IMG/VR virus record: IMGVR_UViG_3300021138_002231
Coordinates: 19,936-83,935 of that record
DNA from: a virus
DNA length: 64,000 bases
Direction: 5' to 3' (one strand)
This document shows positions 46,919 through 56,335 of this stretch, in pieces. How positions within the stretch are numbered: the first letter of the stretch is position 1; every line of letters starts with the position of its first letter. Under the pieces are notes generated by a model that searched no databases, was not told the origin of the DNA, and saw only the letters and a program-made list of their open reading frames with translations. The translations under genes were made by a program, and so were the position numbers.

Positions 46919-49900
46919 TTACTCTGAAATTAACACATCTCCATTAATAAGTAATTTTAATCCTGTTGGTGATGTTAATTCGCCTTGGCCCCATGTCCAG
47001 TGTATTCTGCCAGTACTATCTATTCTAATTAATTTTGATGACTTTCCATTGTTTAATCTGTCATTAATTAAAGCCCAATATTGTACATTGTCTCCATATG
47101 GAATGGCTCGAATAACATCACCTGGAACACTTAAATTCATAATAGGGGTATCAGCAGTAGAAGAGTGATTAATTAAAAGAATTTGACCATTTCCACTGCT
47201 GTTAGCTGGTAAAGCAAATAGAACTTGTACTGCTGTATTTGTAGAAATATCATAGGCTTGACCTAATAATCCTGGAGTAAATGAAGCTACAGAAGATGAT
47301 ATAGCCCATATGATATTATTATTAGAATCATATTTTATAGCACACCATTCTCCACAAGTTCCCACTATCCAAGAACCATCGTCTTTAACCTGAATGCTAA
47401 TTGGATTATAAATATTATCATACAAAATATTACCAGTATAAACATTCAAAGTAACAGGAGTTCCGTATTGTCCGCCTGGTCCTTGTAAAACGGTATCTAT
47501 TTTACCGTCTCCATTATAATCTCCATTATTCGATGTAGAAGATGTATAGGATGGTATACCTTGCTCTGCTGCCATTGTGCCAGCAAAACTATTAATACCT
47601 AGATTTTGATACTGTCCTGTAGGGAGATTATATGTAGGTGTCCCTCCTGGCGTCAATGTTCCGCCAGTAGATGTTGTTTTTATTGCCCCGTTTGTGATAA
47701 TCACTTGTAATGTGCCAGTCCAAGCTTGGATTTGAGTATTTATCGCAGCGCTAAAGGTGCTTTGTATTGTAGCAGAATTACCGCCAATAGGATTAAAAGG
47801 AATTGTATTAACGCCTGAGTCTCCCAAAGTGATGGATTGTTTGCCAGAAACTAAAAATATTTTTGTTGGGTCGATAATAGTAATATTTTGAGAAAAGGCA
47901 ATCCATAATATGCCCAATGACGGATTATATGAAGCACACAAAGCAACAAAATCACCAACGGTTTGATTAAGCCTTATGTTTCCTTGAATTGTTCTTAATA
48001 CATTGAAATTAGAATCTATTTCAACGATTCTATCATTTCCAGTATCTGCAACTACAATATTAGAGTTATTTAATGTCACCATATCAGTAGGAGAATTAAA
48101 ACCTAAAGATGTACCTCCGTTCCAAACCGAGACTGGAGAAAAAGGAATATTATTTATTTGTGCTATATCTGCGTATGTAACCTCATCACTGTCGTCTAAT
48201 GAATATGCACTATATCCATTATTGTTTCGCAAGAAAATAAATTCGCCAACACGAGAAGTGTCTGCTATAGATAATGTATTTTTAGTTTCTCCGCCTTCAG
48301 AATAAGGTGAACCAACTAAAGTATTTATCATAGTTGTAGCTGTATACCAGCCCTGTTGCCCTGTTGCAATATCAGTATAGTCTTTATTCCAAATTAATTC
48401 TGAAGAACTTCCAGGCGCAGAAAAACTTAAAGTTATTGAATTAACTTGTGGTGCCAATGTTAAGTCTAAAGATGCGTTTGTTTCCACAACAATATCAAAC
48501 CAAGACCCATATTTTGAACTCGTATCCACCATGCCGTTATTTGGCAAAGGCACCAAAGTAGTTAAATCAGATTCAATATCCGCTGATCTAGTATAGATAT
48601 TTACAGTCGTACCAGAAGGTGCCACTATATCTGCTGAAACGTTAGTATATTCTGTAGTACTTGCACTACTATTAAATCGAAATACTAAACGACCTTGTTT
48701 GGAATAAAGATTTTGATTCCAAACAAATATAGCAGATGTAGTGTCTAAAATGGCATTTCTGGCTTCTATGACATTTGGGAAAGGTGCAATAGAAGTGCTT
48801 ATTTCAGAGTCATTAGGATGAATCAAATAAAAGTCAACTTCATTACCATCCCATCCATTAGAGCTTGAGGTGTCCCAATAGAAACCAATGCCTTGAATAT
48901 TTTTTATTTGCTGAGTGGATAAACCAAACGCATTGAGAGATAAATATTTATATATTCTTGAAGAGTTAGATATATCTGATTTGTCTCGAATCGAAACCAT
49001 GTTTGATATACTAATTGTTTTTTCAATTCCAGATTCTGTTGTTGTAACAGTTGTGCCATTATCAACTAATAAATAACAGTATATTGTTCCTGGCTTATTG
49101 TTACTAGAAAAACCAAAACCTATACCTAGATCAGTCTCCGAACTCCAATCTTGCGAATTTGCAAAAGAAAAATAAAAATAACGCGAAACTTCATATGTGT
49201 CGATTAATTCATTATTATATGTTGGTGCAGGTAAGACTGGTGGCGCGGGAGGTATTATAATTGCCTTAGTAGCTTTATCTTTAAAAATATTTGCTATATG
49301 CCAACCACTAACATCTAAATTTGTATTGCAAACAGGCAGATAATTAACAGGCTGTGTATTTGTAATATATGCATTAATGCCAGAGCCAACGACTTGAATA
49401 TTTTGATAAGGAGTTGGCACAGTTGCAATTACTAATGCTTCGTCTGCTAGGATAACATTATTAAAATCAGTATCTGTTGTCCATGTAATTGTTTGACTGG
49501 ATAAACCAGTGACGTTTGTACCTACAATTTCATGATGAGTTCTATCAATTGTAGCCAAATCAATAGAAGAAGGCACACCTGTAGCTTCTAAATTTTCACT
49601 CGTGCTTGAAGGTATATAAAAAATAGAGTTAATCAAAGTATCATCAATTTCTGACAATCCAGATTGTTTTTTAAGCGCTAAAACTGTCAAAAGTAAATTG
49701 GCAACGGCTAAATCTGACAATCTATAATTACTCCCTAAAACTAATAAACTTGAGAGCAATGTATCAATTTGATTGTGTGTTAATGTGCCAATATGAGTTA
49801 ATGTATTATGATCTATTGTTGGCAGTCTTTCAGGCGAAAGCGTACCTCTGTCCACTGTAGATAAATCTAAATCAGTAATATAATCACCAGATAATTTACC

Positions 49901-50518
49901 CTGCACATGCAACCCAAGATTTATTTGACTTGGATTAAGAGTTCCTCCGATATGTAAGTGTTTATTAACTACACTTGCTATTGATGCAAATAGGCTAATA
50001 TTTACACGATCATGAGCGGCATCATTATAAAAACTAATGGAAATCGGATTGGTAGTATAATCTATATATATTTGTCCCAAACATACATAATGCACAGGAT
50101 CATTAATCCCAGGAGTATTGACCGAAGAAACGATAAAATCTATTGTTTTTTGAGTGGGTGTGGTAGCATTATTAGTAGCATAAACCCAATATGTGATATT
50201 ATTAACGCCAGCCACCTGTACAGGAAGATTAATAATAGTTGGAGTTGTGGTTTCAGCAGACATCCAACCAACAAACCCTTGTCCGCTAGTAATTTCGAAA
50301 CTAGTTGTGCTCCCAGAAATGGCTTGCATATACCAAGCTGGGTTGGTAGGGTCATTATCTATAATACCATTGCCAAATATGCTATACAATGCTTGTAATT
50401 CATTATCTATGGTATTGAATCTATCAATATCCATTGTGACAATTTCACCAACATTGGCGCTAGGAATAAAATACCCTAATCCATAAATAGGTGTTGAATA
50501 AAGTTGAGATAATGACAT
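46919..50518 (-). CDS. Virion protein (1199 aa) with an NHL-type propeller; N-terminus paralogous to the 2785-aa protein
   Basis: IVVADTGNDRIVEID, GDYNGDGKID (DxDxDG-like) and HLHIGG..NPSQINL..VQGKLSG. Confidence 0.7.
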   Translation of the reverse strand: MSLSQLYSTPIYGLGYFIPSANVGEIVTMDIDRFNTIDNELQALYSIFGNGIIDNDPTNPAWYMQAISGSTTSFEITSGQGFVGWMSAETTTPTIINLPVQVAGVNNITYWVYATNNATTPTQKTIDFIVSSVNTPGINDPVHYVCLGQIYIDYTTNPISISFYNDAAHDRVNISLFASIASVVNKHLHIGGTLNPSQINLGLHVQGKLSGDYITDLDLSTVDRGTLSPERLPTIDHNTLTHIGTLTHNQIDTLLSSLLVLGSNYRLSDLAVANLLLTVLALKKQSGLSEIDDTLINSIFYIPSSTSENLEATGVPSSIDLATIDRTHHEIVGTNVTGLSSQTITWTTDTDFNNVILADEALVIATVPTPYQNIQVVGSGINAYITNTQPVNYLPVCNTNLDVSGWHIANIFKDKATKAIIIPPAPPVLPAPTYNNELIDTYEVSRYFYFSFANSQDWSSETDLGIGFGFSSNNKPGTIYCYLLVDNGTTVTTTESGIEKTISISNMVSIRDKSDISNSSRIYKYLSLNAFGLSTQQIKNIQGIGFYWDTSSSNGWDGNEVDFYLIHPNDSEISTSIAPFPNVIEARNAILDTTSAIFVWNQNLYSKQGRLVFRFNSSASTTEYTNVSADIVAPSGTTVNIYTRSADIESDLTTLVPLPNNGMVDTSSKYGSWFDIVVETNASLDLTLAPQVNSITLSFSAPGSSSELIWNKDYTDIATGQQGWYTATTMINTLVGSPYSEGGETKNTLSIADTSRVGEFIFLRNNNGYSAYSLDDSDEVTYADIAQINNIPFSPVSVWNGGTSLGFNSPTDMVTLNNSNIVVADTGNDRIVEIDSNFNVLRTIQGNIRLNQTVGDFVALCASYNPSLGILWIAFSQNITIIDPTKIFLVSGKQSITLGDSGVNTIPFNPIGGNSATIQSTFSAAINTQIQAWTGTLQVIITNGAIKTTSTGGTLTPGGTPTYNLPTGQYQNLGINSFAGTMAAEQGIPSYTSSTSNNGDYNGDGKIDTVLQGPGGQYGTPVTLNVYTGNILYDNIYNPISIQVKDDGSWIVGTCGEWCAIKYDSNNNIIWAISSSVASFTPGLLGQAYDISTNTAVQVLFALPANSSGNGQILLINHSSTADTPIMNLSVPGDVIRAIPYGDNVQYWALINDRLNNGKSSKLIRIDSTGRIHWTWGQGELTSPTGLKLLINGDVLISE

Positions 50519-50529
50519 TTAATTTTTCC

Positions 50530-50757
50530 TTATTTAATTACATTTGGTTTATAATATTTGGTAACTGGATTAACTCCCCAAACAGAAAATCCCCATCTTA
50601 AAACTCCAGTTTCAGTATTGTCTATGGGTTCATTTACGGTTGTAAAAGAGTTAAAAGAAGTTGCCAATGGTGAACCAGGAGAAGGCGCAGGTAAATTATT
50701 TAAAGCTTCTGCAATATTATTTTGAATAGCATCAGTTAAACCAATAAATTTAGGCAT
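50530..50757 (-). CDS. Small hypothetical protein (75 aa)
   Basis: SD GAGG. Fills the gap between structural genes. Confidence 0.75.
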   Translation of the reverse strand: MPKFIGLTDAIQNNIAEALNNLPAPSPGSPLATSFNSFTTVNEPIDNTETGVLRWGFSVWGVNPVTKYYKPNVIK

Positions 50758-50769
50758 ATTATTTCCTCT

Positions 50770-53700
50770 TTATCTCCCTTTATTTCCGATAAAATCAGAA
50801 ATTCCTTCAGTGTTTAAATCATCATTTGTTAATTGGCCTGATTTTAAAAAGACAGAAGGGAATTTTTCTCCTTGAATATGAGATACAATAGTATTATTTT
50901 CTTTATCGAATGTATACTTTACCTGCTTATAAAAATAAGCATCTGTGGCATTTTGTGTTCCATTTAAAAAAGTTTGGATAATAAATTGACCAAAATGGTT
51001 CAACGGACGAGTTACATAGCAATCAAAAGAAATATTTTGATAAGTGTGCTGCAATAGATTATCTAGAGCTTGACCATATTTATTTAAACTTTCTTGATCA
51101 CATAATGTATTTTTAACATCACTGACTGCTACTTTATTATATCCTATATAGCCTTCAAATGTGTTTGAAGGTTTATTAAAAGCATTATTTAAACTCGACA
51201 ACGATTCATAATTATATGCATTGTAATAATCATTTATATAGGTAATAATATTACTGTCTAAAGATTTTCCATACAATCTTAAGCCAGCCTGTAACTGATC
51301 TAAAATTGTATTTACTATATAGGAAGATTTTAAAACACCATGTAAATTTTCTGTTGGGTTTGATGCATCTGTGGAATTAGGCAATAAAATATTGCCATCT
51401 GCATCATAATTTCCTAAAAACTTTAAAGTGTCGATATATTTAGGGTTTTGTCTTTGAACTGTATATATATATTGTTGAATTGGATCATAAAACATAACAG
51501 GCAAACCATTTAAATTAATAATTAATTCTAAAGCATTTTTAGTCACAGATTCAATAGAATTCAATGGCGTACCGAATAGTATTTCTGATGCTATTGGATT
51601 TTCTTGTGGCAAATAAGACAATCTATAATTCATAGCAGTTTCAAATGCCTGTGTCCCTGTTTGACGCGAATACCAGGGTGATAGCCCAGCACATTCTATG
51701 CAAAAATCTAAAATTCTACCATATCTCATTCCTTTAAAATTAAAAGTAGTTCTAAAAGGTATGTCATGAAGCATTTTACTCATTAAATCTTTGGCTTGAA
51801 TCGTTGTTATTGAGCCATTATGAGAATATGTAGTGCTAATAGAGGTAATAATGCCCTGAAAATAAGGTATAGTTTCTCCATACCCAGCGCCTAATGTAAT
51901 GGCAAAAACATTGTTTTCCAATAAATCTAAGATTTTTTGTCCAATAGGATTTGTTGCTATATTATGCAATACAACAGTGGCTGAAGCAGTTAAATAGGAG
52001 CTATTTCTACCTGCCGCTTCGTAAGTAACATCCCAATTATAGAGCCATTCACTAATATCTCCCCATTCTAATGATTTCACTATTTGAGGTGTTGGGATGG
52101 CTGGATTTGAACTTGTTGATGTAATTGTTGTCGTTTTAATCGGTGTTCTTACATGTGAAAATATAGGTCCTTCTATTGTGGTATTAAAATTAATTCTTCC
52201 ATTAACATTTAATATGCCATTTTGTTTATTATATGTATATGTGGCCCCATTTGAATCTGATCTAAACGTGCAATTTAATTCCGATGATGATGATCTATAA
52301 TCACCATGATATGAAGGCATAGTATCCATTTTATCATAGCTATTTCCATTAATTGTATACCTATGTGAATCAAAAGCAGTTTGTATTTCTGTTAAATAAG
52401 ATTGAGTTATTTGATTTAAATCAGCATTTGTATCTTGAGGATATGGATAAGAAAAAGTGAAATTAACATTACCTAAATCGCTTGTATTATTTGTGGAGTC
52501 ATAATTTTCTGGATGATAATTGTTAAAAGCCATAGGTCCATATTCAAATGAACATTGAATATTTGTGAATATAATGTCAATAATACTATCTTCTGGCACT
52601 TTGTGATAGGTATAATTATTATCGTTTGTCCAATCTGCGGGTATTGGATTAAAATTATGCCACGTAACAGTATCAGAACTTGTTGTTCCAAATCCAATCA
52701 ACATTGACGGTCCCACATAATGTACGCAAACATAATATTTATCAAATTTCCCGAATGCATAAATTTCATTAGTAAATTTAATTTTATCCCATTGTTGTTT
52801 TTGAGGATTATAAAATGCCAATTCTGGAGATTTGTCTGGTGTCAATATTAAATTATATTGCGAAATATAATTTGGATCAGGGGTTCCATTTTTACCCCAG
52901 CGAATTACAATACTTGCATTGGAATCTGATATTGCAGGATTTTCATTTTGAGAAAGATCACAATATTGGAATTTTAATTGGAAACCACAATTTATAGAAC
53001 CCTTTGCGTTAATTTTACGTGGTGCTGGCGCGACATTAGCTGTACTTGTAGCGGGATAATATAAATATGCGTTTTCATATGCCAAATCTTTTGAGATTGG
53101 ATATAATCTTTGAACTATAGCTCTATTATTAATAGCATTTACATGTATAGAAGCAGAAGATTGATCAATATTCTGATGAATTGTTGAAATATTATTTGCC
53201 TGAGGTATTGGATTATAAAAAGCTTGATAAATAAAATTATTTTCTGGATAATTTGTCAATTGCCATATATTATATGTTTTATTTATTTGAGCATTAGTAT
53301 AAATATTATTTCTAGATGGTATGTAAGGATATTGTATATTTCCTGTATCTAATTTATCCGCTAAACCAGGATTGGGTTTAGCAGAATTATCGGGTATAGT
53401 CCCATTGTAAGTATTTGGTATATTGGTTCCAGTAAATGGTGGATTATATCCTTTAATTTGAGAATTGCTTAAATATTGATCCGATGCTCCTGGGGCCATT
53501 ATCAGGTTATGTACATTACAAGTTTGGCTTGGTTGTAAGTACCCATAAACATATGTTAAATTAGGGGCCACTAAATGAGGATTTACTTCTGGAATTAAAC
53601 CTCCATTGAATTGAGGCACAGGTTTCAATCTTTCGCTTATTTCTTTGTTGTTATTTATGTAATAATACGTTTCAGGTAAAAGATTATTTCCATCTGGTTG

Positions 53701-53799
53701 AGTTTTATTTCTAGCATAGTATCCATTAACGCTTGGTTTATTTGGGGCATAAATTGCGCCAATAATACATGTACCTATTAATTCTCTTTGATCTGCCAT
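50770..53799 (-). CDS. Putative baseplate hub / tail protein (1009 aa)
   Basis: C-terminal half ITLGAGYG...FQGIITSI......TTIQAKD resembles gp27/GpD-type hub proteins. Inference. Confidence 0.5.
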   Translation of the reverse strand: MADQRELIGTCIIGAIYAPNKPSVNGYYARNKTQPDGNNLLPETYYYINNNKEISERLKPVPQFNGGLIPEVNPHLVAPNLTYVYGYLQPSQTCNVHNLIMAPGASDQYLSNSQIKGYNPPFTGTNIPNTYNGTIPDNSAKPNPGLADKLDTGNIQYPYIPSRNNIYTNAQINKTYNIWQLTNYPENNFIYQAFYNPIPQANNISTIHQNIDQSSASIHVNAINNRAIVQRLYPISKDLAYENAYLYYPATSTANVAPAPRKINAKGSINCGFQLKFQYCDLSQNENPAISDSNASIVIRWGKNGTPDPNYISQYNLILTPDKSPELAFYNPQKQQWDKIKFTNEIYAFGKFDKYYVCVHYVGPSMLIGFGTTSSDTVTWHNFNPIPADWTNDNNYTYHKVPEDSIIDIIFTNIQCSFEYGPMAFNNYHPENYDSTNNTSDLGNVNFTFSYPYPQDTNADLNQITQSYLTEIQTAFDSHRYTINGNSYDKMDTMPSYHGDYRSSSSELNCTFRSDSNGATYTYNKQNGILNVNGRINFNTTIEGPIFSHVRTPIKTTTITSTSSNPAIPTPQIVKSLEWGDISEWLYNWDVTYEAAGRNSSYLTASATVVLHNIATNPIGQKILDLLENNVFAITLGAGYGETIPYFQGIITSISTTYSHNGSITTIQAKDLMSKMLHDIPFRTTFNFKGMRYGRILDFCIECAGLSPWYSRQTGTQAFETAMNYRLSYLPQENPIASEILFGTPLNSIESVTKNALELIINLNGLPVMFYDPIQQYIYTVQRQNPKYIDTLKFLGNYDADGNILLPNSTDASNPTENLHGVLKSSYIVNTILDQLQAGLRLYGKSLDSNIITYINDYYNAYNYESLSSLNNAFNKPSNTFEGYIGYNKVAVSDVKNTLCDQESLNKYGQALDNLLQHTYQNISFDCYVTRPLNHFGQFIIQTFLNGTQNATDAYFYKQVKYTFDKENNTIVSHIQGEKFPSVFLKSGQLTNDDLNTEGISDFIGNKGR

Positions 53800-53837
53800 T
53801 TAAATTTATCGCCCTAATAATATTAACATGTTTATAC

Positions 53838-53872
53838 AAATTAATGGGGAGTAGATTACTCCCCATTAATTT
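53838..53872. terminator. 16-bp stem hairpin, probable terminator
   Basis: AAATTAATGGGGAGTA-GAT-TACTCCCCATTAATTT. Confidence 0.7.
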
Positions 53873-53978
53873 CGTGTTCTAAATCTCTTTCAATGCGATC
53901 CGTTAATACTGTTAAATCATTATGATCGTATATTTTAAATGATAACAAAGATTTAATCCAATTTATTAGGAATTTCAT
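53856..53978 (-). CDS. Possible 40-aa small protein (MKFLINWIKSLL...EINGE)
   Basis: Internal ATG of the tracked 75-aa ORF with AGAAGG 7 nt upstream. Overlaps the cca stop and ends at the terminator. Confidence 0.35.
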   Translation of the reverse strand: MKFLINWIKSLLSFKIYDHNDLTVLTDRIERDLEHEINGE

Positions 53979-56298
53979 CTGGAGCCTTCTTGGGTGTTTG
54001 CCCATTAATATATTCTGCAAGCCATTGTTGTGCGCCTGGTAAATCATTGAATTTTTGTTCCAATTGAGCTTGCCAAGCAGCATTTAATGCATCGCCAACA
54101 TGTTTTCCTGGTTTATTTTCATAATATGGCAAAATATGCTCGGATTTAATCAATCCTGCTATATTTTTTATGTAATTTCTTAACCAAATAATGCTCTCTT
54201 CTTTGTTATTGATGCGGCCTTCTAATTGAGCTTTATAAGCAGCTTTTTCAATTTCTCCAATATAAGGTCCACCTTTGTAATTAAAATAAGGCATGATATC
54301 AGAACCTTTAATTAATGGTTCAGGTCTTCCTAAATTAGATTTATCTCTTCTAGCCATATCTAACATAATATCAGCAGTTGGGGCATTACCTTTTGGCAAA
54401 GGATGCCTTCCAGAATGATCAGCTTCCATTAAACGATATAAATCTTCAATAGTAGCAGGATATATTTCATCAGCTAATTTTCGTATCTGAGACATATTTG
54501 TAGTTCCTGGTTTATATTGAATGTGCGCTAAATGTCTTTCAACTAAAGGACGCACTCTTCGAATAATATCGTTTTTAACACCAATATTCTTAAGGAATTT
54601 TTCAACTAATGGGCCAGATGCTTCTTCGTGTCCATGAGATGTCCAGCGATAATGTCCTTGTTTTTCTCTAAGAACGGTTGTACCTTCATTTTCTGGATAA
54701 GCTTTTGCCAAATCATGGCCTAAAGCAGAAAATACCAATACTGCTCGATCATCTCCTGATAAACCATCTCTATCAGCAATCCTAGCCGCCTCATTCATTA
54801 CTAAAGATGTATGAAGCCCTACGTCTCCAAACTTAACATGATATGATTCTTGTAAATTTTCAATGTTTTCATTGAAAATTAAACCAAAACTAAATACAAC
54901 ATCATCGCCATTAATATTGAATTTTGGATTGATAATTTGTACTTTATTTTCTAGATGTTCATGTCCCAAAGGATTAGAAGGATCATATGCCAATGAATTC
55001 ATTAAATGTACTGCCGCAGCTTCAATTAAACCCATAACAGCTTGTCGTTCCGCTTTAGCATCGGTCATAATAGAAATAACACGACGAATCGGCATTTCAA
55101 AAAACACTTCTATACTTTTTGAAGCAAATTTTATATATCTATTTTGTTTTGTAGCATGTCGTTTATTGAGAACATTAATCAATAATTCTTTAGTTAATGT
55201 TTCAATTGGCATAGACTGACCTAAAATTGATTTGTATTCATGTAAATCAACAGGAGTTGTAATCCAACCCTCGGGATGCCAAACTGGGTCCTGAGGAACA
55301 TCCATGATATTCTCAATTTCTGGATAAAATTGTATCCAGCCAGTGTCTTTGAGATATTGTAAAGCACTTCCTGGATAACGAGATTTCACTGCTAATTTCA
55401 TCCATTCTTCCATTATTCTTTCTAATGCAAGAGATTTATGTATATCAGTTGCAAAAAATAATTCTGGATTTTCGGGGAATTTCTTATCAGCCTGATTGGG
55501 GAATCTTTTAGTAATCTCTTTTTCGGTGGCTCCAGGATTTTCCTCTAAATAATCTTGAATACGATTGGCTCTTTCATCGAGATAATCTTGAATCATTAAA
55601 TCTCTTCCGCCATTGACGTAATCCTGCATCATTTTAGGGCGCATTTTAGTGTAATCGTCTATCATACGTCTACTTATAGCCGCAGTTTCAGGAGCAATAG
55701 TTAAATTCATACGTCCAGTAAATTGTAATCCGCGTATAACACGCAACGGGTCTTCAGCAAATGCTTCACTCGTATGACGAAGAATTTTATTTTCCAAATC
55801 TTCTCGGCCATTGTAATAATCATGAATCAATTGTCTTTGAGGATCATATGCTAATGCATTAAAAGTAAAATCTCTTCGAGAGGCTGCTTCTTGTGGAGTG
55901 ATGGATTTGTCAAATTCAGTCTTAAATCCTTTGTGTCCAATACCAACTTTACTATCTCTTCGCGGAATAGAAAAATCATAATCATTGCCATCAATATCAA
56001 CAACTTTTATAATGCCAAATTTCTTACCAACCAAATTCATTTTAGAAACAGTTGGACAATTCGCTAGAATAGTAGATAACTCGTCAAATGTTGTATTGTA
56101 AACTTCAATATCTATATCTTTAGGCTGTTTACCCAATAATGCATCTCTCACCGCACCACCTACAATAAGAGGAGGCTTGTTCTCGGCGTTCAAACGCGAG
56201 ATGATGTCTTCAAGTGCAGGAGTCATCGCAATATCCAGACTTTCCCTATACACCTGTTTAGAATTTAAACCTTCTGATAATACTTTTCTATACCACAT
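53953..56298 (-). CDS. cca: Class II tRNA nucleotidyltransferase (CCA-adding family) with HD domain, two insertions and a duplicated tail
   Basis: VGGAVRD, DIDIE, RRDFTFNA, EDPLRVIR, ERIMEE, PQDPVWHPEG...DVGLHT, HDLAK and HGHE. Confidence 0.9.
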   Translation of the reverse strand: MWYRKVLSEGLNSKQVYRESLDIAMTPALEDIISRLNAENKPPLIVGGAVRDALLGKQPKDIDIEVYNTTFDELSTILANCPTVSKMNLVGKKFGIIKVVDIDGNDYDFSIPRRDSKVGIGHKGFKTEFDKSITPQEAASRRDFTFNALAYDPQRQLIHDYYNGREDLENKILRHTSEAFAEDPLRVIRGLQFTGRMNLTIAPETAAISRRMIDDYTKMRPKMMQDYVNGGRDLMIQDYLDERANRIQDYLEENPGATEKEITKRFPNQADKKFPENPELFFATDIHKSLALERIMEEWMKLAVKSRYPGSALQYLKDTGWIQFYPEIENIMDVPQDPVWHPEGWITTPVDLHEYKSILGQSMPIETLTKELLINVLNKRHATKQNRYIKFASKSIEVFFEMPIRRVISIMTDAKAERQAVMGLIEAAAVHLMNSLAYDPSNPLGHEHLENKVQIINPKFNINGDDVVFSFGLIFNENIENLQESYHVKFGDVGLHTSLVMNEAARIADRDGLSGDDRAVLVFSALGHDLAKAYPENEGTTVLREKQGHYRWTSHGHEEASGPLVEKFLKNIGVKNDIIRRVRPLVERHLAHIQYKPGTTNMSQIRKLADEIYPATIEDLYRLMEADHSGRHPLPKGNAPTADIMLDMARRDKSNLGRPEPLIKGSDIMPYFNYKGGPYIGEIEKAAYKAQLEGRINNKEESIIWLRNYIKNIAGLIKSEHILPYYENKPGKHVGDALNAAWQAQLEQKFNDLPGAQQWLAEYINGQTPKKAPDEIPNKLD

Positions 56299-56306
56299 AG
56301 TTATAA

Positions 56307-56335
56307 TATACTACGCTTAAATATAGTAAATCCTT
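56307..56335 (-). promoter_or_regulatory. AAGG-N20-GTATA promoter-like motif
   Basis: Fills the short intergenic gap before cca. No SD. Confidence 0.55.

Noticed and set aside
53856-54083. 75-aa ORF as tracked, or a frameshift extension of cca
   Set aside because: The first 35 codons overlap the conserved cca tail and no slippery site is evident. Only the 40-aa version is kept, at low confidence.
54826-55266. Intein or group I intron in cca
   Set aside because: No C/S first residue, HN end or C/S/T +1 residue. No register gives both a U-ending 5' exon and a terminal G, and the frame is open throughout.
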